From assembly GCA_938084745.1 (NCBI GenBank), contig CALKEZ010000006.1:195007-259006 (forward strand): a stretch of DNA of 64,000 bases, written 5' to 3'. Origin of the DNA: an uncultured Gammaproteobacteria bacterium (GTDB lineage: Bacteria; Pseudomonadota; Gammaproteobacteria; Eutrophobiales; Eutrophobiaceae). The translations under genes and the position numbers were made by a program. The notes under the pieces were generated by a model, which was not told the DNA's origin, did no database searches, and worked only from the letters and a program-made list of their open reading frames with translations. The stretch's first letter is position 1; every line of letters starts with the position of its first letter. Of the stretch, positions 57,588-64,000 are shown piece by piece.

Positions 57588-57819
57588 AATAGTTTACATA
57601 TAGTTATGTGATTAACTTAAACTATATAATAAATATAAAAAAATGGTGTGGACTAAATCACACTATGGTTTATCTACATGAGAACCAGATCTCGTTTTTC
57701 ACTTATTTAAGTGTGACTCAGGTAATATTGTCGTCAGAAATTCTGCCTGAGTATGCTGCCAGAATCATCAATAAGATAAAAACCTTAATTAAAGCTTATG
57801 AGTTTAATCAGTTATTAAA

Positions 57820-59946
57820 TCAAAAACCGGATTCCCTTATAAAAACAGCCGCGACTAATTTATAAGCTCGCTTAAGATAACTTTCGGGATCGCTCTGGAC
57901 ATGGACTACACCACGTATTTCCTGTTCAGCTTTTGCCTCTTCGACCAAACTCATCTCAAATCGTACCCGATACTCAGACTTGTCCGGTACGAGCTTTTGC
58001 AATTCATTCATTGTGACCGGAACTTTACCGCCATAAACAGATGCGATCTCATCCATATCGAAGGTCTGTAAATTAGCGCTTTCGATTTCTCTGACGTAGC
58101 CCCAAACGGAATCAAGCTCAGGGTTATCCGGGATAAATTTTGCGCTAGCCAACAACATGATTCGGGATAATTGTGCCTCTGAAACTACGCCGTCAAAAGT
58201 TGCTCTGACCGGATCAACAACTGTTGCCAGGGGTAATGTTTTATTAATCCAGCGCTTCGCATGCAGTGATTCGTGCACATCATAAACCACACCACTAATA
58301 GGCGCGCGGATTACAAGTTTGTTTTTTTGTTCGAGCAGACCGTTCAACCTTGATCGACTTTCCTGTAACTGCTTAACGATTATCTGGACATTAGACAGTT
58401 CTTCCAGGCTCGCAGCTATCCTTCTGGCCTGCAATTGTAAAATCTCTATTTCCTTTAGCGTAATATCAATTTTGTGTTCCAGCTTTGGTGATCGTAAAAC
58501 CAGTAAAATATCATTTGCTTCAACATATTCATTTTCGCGAATAAAATTGCTTTCAATGTAACCTGGCGCCGAGGCAAATAGAGTAGCCTTTGAACCGCTT
58601 TTAAATACAGCAGGTACTTTAATTGATGTGCCCCATGGGAAAATAACGACTCCCAACAAAACAATGAATATTAACGAAGTAATATAGAAACGTTTTGTTT
58701 TAATAATTTTAGTCCTCATTTCCCACCAACTCCTTATTAACCCGATCACAGGTAAAATTATAAACCAGAGAATTTCTATCAAGAATAAAATGATGCCCAG
58801 TAATTTAAAAAAGAAATAATAGACAAGTATGGCAATACCAATAAACAGGAAGAATCGATACACCCACACGCACCATGCATAAAGGTATAGCTTCTTAAGC
58901 ATTGCGGATGGTAGTGCTTCTGGTGGCCTTAAGTTTAGCCCAAACAGGATTTCAGTTAACTTCCATTTTCCCACATCAAACGAACGCTTCTGTAGATTCT
59001 GGATGCCGAGTAGATCTGAAAAGATATAATAACCATCAAAGCGCATCAGAATATTTGAGTTAATCGCTAGCGATAGTATCCAGCTTGTTGTCGCCATGAT
59101 AAAAGCAGCGCTTTTTAATATGCCATCAGGCAGAAAACCCCAGCAAAATGTGGCAATACAGGCAATATACAATTCCATTATCATACCCGCCGCACCGACA
59201 TGTGCACGCTCCAGAGCAGAGCGTATACGCCAGGTATCGGATGTGTCCGTGTATAAAATAGGAAACATCACCAGTAGAGCCACACCCATGGTCGGAACCT
59301 TGCAGCCGTAGCGAACGGTTGTATAGGCATGTGCAAGTTCATGCAAAATTTTTATAACAACAAGCGAAACGAAATAGAATGCGAGACCTTGCAGATTAAA
59401 AAAATAGAGGAATGTAGAGGTAAAACTATCCCATTGCCGGCCAACGATATAAAGACCGATTAAACCGACGAGCAAAACCAGTGCTGTTGTAGTTGCAGAG
59501 AATAGCGGTTCTACATAGACGAGTGTTTTTCTAAGAAATGATGTTGGCTTCACTAAAGGGATCTTTATAAAAAGATAGTTATGTATCAACCACATCAAAA
59601 AGCCAGGTTTACTGGCTAAATACTGCTCGAGATAATCATTGCTTGAGCCGCTGGTTGGCTCGAGTGTCAAACTATTACCATAGAGAAATGATAATAAGCT
59701 TTGTACATCTTCTTTGCGGACATCAAGTGTTGTTTCTTTTTTTACCCGATCCAGAAGTATACTTGCTTTACCAACAGACCATCTCGAAAGCAATTGAAAT
59801 GCAGTCCAGCCAATTGAAAAATATTTATTTCTGACTGGATCAAATATTATCCAGCTAGGCGAGCCATCCAGTGCCACTGCACCTTCGAGTAGATGTAGAT
59901 CATGACGTAATACCGGCAGAACAATATCTTGTTCAGTCTCATTCAT
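57820..59946 (-). CDS. Fusion protein: PqqD/RRE-like N-domain + M50 (S2P-like) membrane metalloprotease + C-terminal HlyD-type membrane-fusion domain
   Basis: 708-aa ORF. HELAH lies in a TM helix (nt 59329-59343), with a downstream NILMRFDGYY motif and multiple TM helices up to about aa 435. The rest is a barrel-sandwich/coiled-coil MFP-like part (FASAPGYIE...ANDILLVLRSPKLEHKI...APISGVVYDV). Confidence 0.75.
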   Translation of the reverse strand: MNETEQDIVLPVLRHDLHLLEGAVALDGSPSWIIFDPVRNKYFSIGWTAFQLLSRWSVGKASILLDRVKKETTLDVRKEDVQSLLSFLYGNSLTLEPTSGSSNDYLEQYLASKPGFLMWLIHNYLFIKIPLVKPTSFLRKTLVYVEPLFSATTTALVLLVGLIGLYIVGRQWDSFTSTFLYFFNLQGLAFYFVSLVVIKILHELAHAYTTVRYGCKVPTMGVALLVMFPILYTDTSDTWRIRSALERAHVGAAGMIMELYIACIATFCWGFLPDGILKSAAFIMATTSWILSLAINSNILMRFDGYYIFSDLLGIQNLQKRSFDVGKWKLTEILFGLNLRPPEALPSAMLKKLYLYAWCVWVYRFFLFIGIAILVYYFFFKLLGIILFLIEILWFIILPVIGLIRSWWEMRTKIIKTKRFYITSLIFIVLLGVVIFPWGTSIKVPAVFKSGSKATLFASAPGYIESNFIRENEYVEANDILLVLRSPKLEHKIDITLKEIEILQLQARRIAASLEELSNVQIIVKQLQESRSRLNGLLEQKNKLVIRAPISGVVYDVHESLHAKRWINKTLPLATVVDPVRATFDGVVSEAQLSRIMLLASAKFIPDNPELDSVWGYVREIESANLQTFDMDEIASVYGGKVPVTMNELQKLVPDKSEYRVRFEMSLVEEAKAEQEIRGVVHVQSDPESYLKRAYKLVAAVFIRESGF

Positions 59947-61298
59947 ATTCCGAATAATTGTCGAACGTATGAGATGGGACGTCTAAACATATAAAAGAAT
60001 AAGGAAACACGTTCACCGAATATCTTGGCCGTACCTTGTAAACCTATTCTCAATTTATTGTTTTTTATTTGATCAAATTCTGCATAGACCCTGTAAGAAA
60101 GAGTATCCTGATCATATTTTTCTGCTTTATAACTCGACTTGGTCACCGTGGCCTTTATCGGTGACAAAGGATAGGCATCCAGAAAGACTTCCACTTCTGC
60201 GCCTTCTTTTAGTACGATAGCATCATCAATTGAGAGATTTATTTTTAGTTGTATTTGTTCTGTATCGGCAATTTCCATGACTCTCTCACCAACCTGAACC
60301 GGTTTACCAATCCAGTCGGATATATCTGTGTAAATTAACAAACCACTTTTTTCTGCTGTAACATTAATTTTTTCAAGCAATTCAGCTGTGAATTCGGCTT
60401 TGCTTCGATACAGTTCTGTTTGTGCTCTTAGATAAGAAATTTGAGCCTTACTCTTGGCATCCTTAAATGCGCCTTGTGCTGCCTTTCGGTATTCTGCTTC
60501 CGCAACTTCCGTGGTCTTTTTAGCCACGTTATATTCATTGCGTAAATTGGTATCTTCAAGCACAAACAGCACATCACCCTCAACCACCCGCGTATTGGGC
60601 GGAAAGTCTATCTCAGCAATAACGCCATCCATAGGTGAACTCACAATAACAGGCTGTTTTGCTGTAATTTCTGCGGGGGCCAAAGCTGAAAGCTTTATCG
60701 GCTTTATAAAAACCCCGAGTAAAAAAACAACAATAATCCATACCGCAACGGTAACTTTCTTCGGACGATGGTAGAGCCTTCTTTTACTTGTGATAGCGAC
60801 CTGAGCATGCGCATAGGTCTCACCGAGTCGCTTGAACAAGGCAAGCTCATTATCACGCCAGGGCGTCTCTCTAGTGACCCAAAGGCCGCCAATAAAAGTC
60901 CCATCGGGCAATTTTAAAGGCGTCCATAAACCGAAAGGTAATGAAAACTCTTTCCAGCCTTCCTTCAGATTCTCTGGACATTGCGTCTCATCGATCAATC
61001 GCTGGGTAGCAATAGTATCGCTGTCAAACAGACTTTTAAGTGTCTTTTCCAACCATGATGCAAAAGGGGCGTGTTTTTCGATAACGGCCACACTTGATGC
61101 ACAAACAAGTTTGCAGTCTCGTTGTATAGGATGTGATGATAAAAACAAATACGCTTGTCTATAAGGTAACAAACGGCGCGTCTCGTTTACGATCATAAAA
61201 TAAAGCGCATCTGCCGACGGTGCCGCACGCGCCATAGACTCTAACTGGAGTAATTTTGATACTGCCGCAAGTTCTGTTCCTTGAGTTTCTGTTGCCAT
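59943..61298 (-). CDS. Membrane-fusion (HlyD-family) protein with cytoplasmic GAF-like N-domain
   Basis: 451-aa ORF that overlaps the next gene by 4 nt. About 170 aa at the N-terminus are GAF-like (LYFMIVNETRRLLPYRQAYLFL...FGLWTPLKLPDGTFIGGLWVTRETPW). One TM helix follows (VAVWIIVVFLLGVFI), then an HlyD-like part (SSPMDGVIAEIDFPPNTRVVEGDVLFVLED plus coiled coil). Confidence 0.7.
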   Translation of the reverse strand: MATETQGTELAAVSKLLQLESMARAAPSADALYFMIVNETRRLLPYRQAYLFLSSHPIQRDCKLVCASSVAVIEKHAPFASWLEKTLKSLFDSDTIATQRLIDETQCPENLKEGWKEFSLPFGLWTPLKLPDGTFIGGLWVTRETPWRDNELALFKRLGETYAHAQVAITSKRRLYHRPKKVTVAVWIIVVFLLGVFIKPIKLSALAPAEITAKQPVIVSSPMDGVIAEIDFPPNTRVVEGDVLFVLEDTNLRNEYNVAKKTTEVAEAEYRKAAQGAFKDAKSKAQISYLRAQTELYRSKAEFTAELLEKINVTAEKSGLLIYTDISDWIGKPVQVGERVMEIADTEQIQLKINLSIDDAIVLKEGAEVEVFLDAYPLSPIKATVTKSSYKAEKYDQDTLSYRVYAEFDQIKNNKLRIGLQGTAKIFGERVSLFFYMFRRPISYVRQLFGI

Positions 61299-61300
61299 AA

Positions 61301-62077
61301 TTAATTATTGTTTTTATTGAATTGCGCGGTACCGCTCATCCCGGAAAGAACCTCTTCAATATCATCATCAAATTTGCCGGTCAGTTTTATCGTCTGGCTA
61401 ACAGGATCGACGACGGCGCCTATCTTTGCGACTTTGGCATCGAGTATCTTTCCTGTTTCATCAATGATAAATGAAAACGGTTCGCCGACCTTCAACCAGT
61501 TTAACCAGTTGGAAGGAACGATTAATTCTATTTCCAAATCACGGTCATTAAGTATCGACAAAATCTCCCTGTCTACGGGGACCGTCTCATGCTCATTAAT
61601 GGCGACTTCAATCACGCGACCGCTGTAAGGTGCCTTGATTTTACATTGATTCACACGTATCGCTTTCATCGTACGATCGGCTCTTGCTACCTGCATTTCC
61701 GATTTCGATATAGAAACATCTATATCGCTAATAGCGTTTAACGCCAGTAACTCTTTATTGTTCTCATAGATATGTTTTCTGGATTGATATGCCGCATCTG
61801 CCGAGGCCAAATCAGCACGATAAAAGGAGCACTCAAAACCGACCAACACATCACCTTTTTTAAAACGATCACCAGACTTGAAGGGTAACTCATCTATTTT
61901 TGCAGCAATTTCACTTGATATAACCGCTCTGTCGACCGGTTTTATTAGCCCCCTAACATTGTCTGCAACAATTCCCGTAGAGAAAAAATCATCTTCTTCA
62001 GCATATCCAGCCTGAATTCCGGTAAAGATAAATAATAAAAGAGTTAGCGTCTGAATATTCATAACATTAACGTTCAT
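61301..62077 (-). CDS. Short periplasmic adaptor (membrane-fusion/biotin-lipoyl-like) protein
   Basis: 258-aa ORF with a signal peptide and MFP-type lipoyl and beta-barrel segments (ISSEIAAKIDELPFKSGDRFKKGDVLVGFE, APYSGRVIEVAINEHETV). Confidence 0.7.
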   Translation of the reverse strand: MNVNVMNIQTLTLLLFIFTGIQAGYAEEDDFFSTGIVADNVRGLIKPVDRAVISSEIAAKIDELPFKSGDRFKKGDVLVGFECSFYRADLASADAAYQSRKHIYENNKELLALNAISDIDVSISKSEMQVARADRTMKAIRVNQCKIKAPYSGRVIEVAINEHETVPVDREILSILNDRDLEIELIVPSNWLNWLKVGEPFSFIIDETGKILDAKVAKIGAVVDPVSQTIKLTGKFDDDIEEVLSGMSGTAQFNKNNN

Positions 62078-62092
62078 TCAAAATCTCCAAAA

Positions 62093-63595
62093 CTATTCAA
62101 TCTTCATGGAAAAAAGTTGTTCGTGTAAGGACAACCCTTCGAAATATTTCATTATAGAATCTGTTAATGAACTCACACTATCCGTATCGGCATCAATTGG
62201 AAAAGGATCAATTCCTAACGATGCAAAAATACCCGCATAAGCATTTTCGACATCCGAGTAAGCTATGTCATATTTTATCTCGGCAACCATCATATTCATT
62301 TCTTCTCTTATCAGTGATTGTTCAGTCACGGTGTTTTTAGCCACACCTGAGCGTAATTGGTCGAGTATTTTTTGCTGAGTTAAATAGTAGTCCGCTGCTG
62401 TTTTATATTCGCGTTGTGCGTGTTCATATTGAGCCAGGCTTACATGTACCTGAGTCATAATCGCCATGGTTAATGCCAGACGTCTGGCTTCCAGCACATT
62501 TTCTCTTGCGCCCAACTCCCTTTTTGTTGCCGGTAATTTGAAGATATTGAGAAGATTCCAGCTGACCTGAGTACCATAACTCAACCAATTATTATTAAAC
62601 AGGAATGAGTTGCTGCTATAACTTTTACCAAAATTAATATCCAGACCTGGCAATAAACTTAAAATCGCTGCCTTGGCTTCTTTCTTGTTAATCCTTTCTT
62701 CATAAGAGATAGTCCTTATCTCTGGCCTGTTCTCAAGTGCAATTTGCTCCATCATTTCTGGCGAGATATCAACCTTATCAACAATGTCACCACGATCAGG
62801 AATCACTAGCTGATAACTCTCACCGGGGCGTAGATTCATAAGCGCAGCAAGCTGAATTTTTGCTAACGATAAATCTCGTTGCAGCGCCTCAAGCTCGCGT
62901 TTAATCCCAATTAATTCGCGTTGATAGGTTAATGCCGTTAAAGGACGCTCCAGGCGTTTCTTTTCGACTTGTTTGGATTCTTCTATCGCTTGGGAAACGC
63001 GCACTAATAACGCTTCAAGTTTTACAATTAACCGATCATTACTGACAGCACGCCAATAGGCAGTTCTGACATCTTGCACCATACGATTAACGACTTTTCT
63101 TTTTTCTTCTTCCGCAATAAGTACTTTGTCAGCAGCTTGCTTGGCTCTTATGTATGACAAACCAAAATCAAGCACATTCCAGGTCAATGACAAATCAGCA
63201 TTGAAAATGTCACGATTAGATGAGGTCGAAGTCGATAATGACTGTAGGCCTGTTAGTAAAGATTGGCTGGAAGCACCGCTAAAATTATCACGGCCATTAT
63301 AACCGGACTTGGCAACGAGTTGTGGCAATAACTCATAACGAGAAAGATCCAGTTCTGTTTGAGACAGAATTTTTTCTGCAAACTCAAGATGAAAATCGAG
63401 ATTATATTTCAATGCGCGCGCAATGGATTCATACAGCGTAATGGGTTCGACCACAGGATCCTGATTCCATGTAATCAAAACACTATCATTACTCGCCTGG
63501 GCTTTTAATTCGTCATGCGTCAACGGCACCGGAATAAAAGCACACCCCGATACGAGTAAGCATAAAACGACAATATAACAACGGTATTGCATCAT
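62093..63595 (-). CDS. TolC-family outer-membrane factor lipoprotein
   Basis: 500-aa ORF with a lipobox (LLVSGCAF) and the two-fold repeated helical/beta OEP architecture typical of NodT/TolC proteins. Confidence 0.85.
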   Translation of the reverse strand: MMQYRCYIVVLCLLVSGCAFIPVPLTHDELKAQASNDSVLITWNQDPVVEPITLYESIARALKYNLDFHLEFAEKILSQTELDLSRYELLPQLVAKSGYNGRDNFSGASSQSLLTGLQSLSTSTSSNRDIFNADLSLTWNVLDFGLSYIRAKQAADKVLIAEEEKRKVVNRMVQDVRTAYWRAVSNDRLIVKLEALLVRVSQAIEESKQVEKKRLERPLTALTYQRELIGIKRELEALQRDLSLAKIQLAALMNLRPGESYQLVIPDRGDIVDKVDISPEMMEQIALENRPEIRTISYEERINKKEAKAAILSLLPGLDINFGKSYSSNSFLFNNNWLSYGTQVSWNLLNIFKLPATKRELGARENVLEARRLALTMAIMTQVHVSLAQYEHAQREYKTAADYYLTQQKILDQLRSGVAKNTVTEQSLIREEMNMMVAEIKYDIAYSDVENAYAGIFASLGIDPFPIDADTDSVSSLTDSIMKYFEGLSLHEQLFSMKIE

Positions 63596-63732
63596 TCTCA
63601 GCGAACCGTTTTTTTACTTTTATTCATAAACAATGCAGACCGCTTAAATATTTGTGTTGAATGTAACGTCAGAAATTCTTTTGCGCCATATAGGTACATT
63701 AAAGAATATAGAAACGCATTATATTCAATTAT

Positions 63733-64000
63733 CTAGTTAATTAATGCTTTTCTTATCTCGTCTGTTAAATTATCAAACTTAATGGCTTCTTTATCTATTT
63801 GATGCTCGAATAAACTTGCGCCTGCAATAAACTCATCACCGATCTGTTCCAATGCTGCAATTTCGCCACTATTCACATTCACATCAACATACCTGACGAT
63901 CACCGTACCATCACTTAAGGTGACTTCAATACGCAATTCAACTGCGTCTGTTCCTATCGGTGGTTCACCACTGACCAAGCCACCGTTATCATCAATTCGT
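63733..64000 (-). CDS. 3' end of a gene continuing beyond the window (unassigned; possibly a large secreted protein)
   Basis: The frame is open to nt 64000 (..RIDDNGGLVSGEPPIGTDAVELRIEVTLSDGTVIVRYVDVNVNSGE...). The tracked GTG start is probably an artifact of the window edge. It ends 137 nt upstream of the TolC-like gene on the same strand. Confidence 0.5.
   Translation of the reverse strand, partial: RIDDNGGLVSGEPPIGTDAVELRIEVTLSDGTVIVRYVDVNVNSGEIAALEQIGDEFIAGASLFEHQIDKEAIKFDNLTDEIRKALIN

Noticed and set aside
57608-57865. An 85-aa plus-strand ORF downstream of the M50 fusion gene.
   Set aside because: It overlaps the 3' end of the 708-aa gene by 46 nt, lies in AT-rich spacer and has no support. 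A weak minus-strand hairpin plus T-run around 57640-57672 suggests that this is terminator DNA.
1-64000. A search by eye for tRNA/rRNA genes, CRISPR arrays, IS elements, integrases, toxin-antitoxin pairs and restriction-modification genes.
   Set aside because: No T-loop/acceptor-like sequences appear in the intergenic regions. There are no direct-repeat/spacer arrays, and no transposase, recombinase or methyltransferase-endonuclease motifs were recognised. Absence is based on manual reading only.

Overview
This is a 64-kb chromosomal window from an AT-rich gammaproteobacterium, probably marine or halotolerant. The taxon is inference only, based on ectAB with a divergent MarR-type EctR, a Fae-like gene and the dedicated proteobacterial sortase locus. 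I can support about 58 protein-coding genes, packed on both strands. I found no rRNA, tRNA, CRISPR array, transposase, integrase or phage genes. Left to right the window contains: ectB-ectA/ectR; an unassigned three-gene cluster (small wHTH protein plus two paralogous bitopic membrane proteins, one with an HExxH ectodomain); a hugZ-like/pilin-domain/EF-hand operon; a GCS2-type ligase with an M14 AstE/AspA-like partner; an aldo-keto reductase; addAB-type helicase-nuclease; egtD-like methyltransferase; endonuclease I; mltF; a Sel1 protein; srkA; an ABC exporter; a TonB-dependent receptor; an M15 peptidase; apbE, DUF3301, yajQ and a PHP protein; an AT-rich islet with two orphan genes; a Fae-like gene; a large cNMP-cNMP-rhodanese protein with a roughly 410-aa charged helical tail; the sortase system (pdsS, pdsR, small glycine-zipper protein, VIT-vWA target, sortase, extra alpha/alpha-barrel-like gene); DMT and MscS transporters; LysR; the rimB-like/rimK/M14 module; a second Sel1 protein; an M50 protease; ttcA; a Rap1a/Tai-like orphan; a CPA2 antiporter; a 52-bp palindrome-bearing tandem repeat; and a csp gene. 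The best candidate for an undescribed system is a minus-strand operon at the right edge. It encodes a TolC-family lipoprotein and three membrane-fusion-protein paralogs. One paralog is fused to a GAF-like domain. Another is fused to an M50 (site-2-protease-like) metalloprotease with a PqqD/RRE-like N-domain. No ATPase or RND/MFS pump is visible in the operon. All family assignments come from motif and pattern recognition by eye, since no searches could be run.
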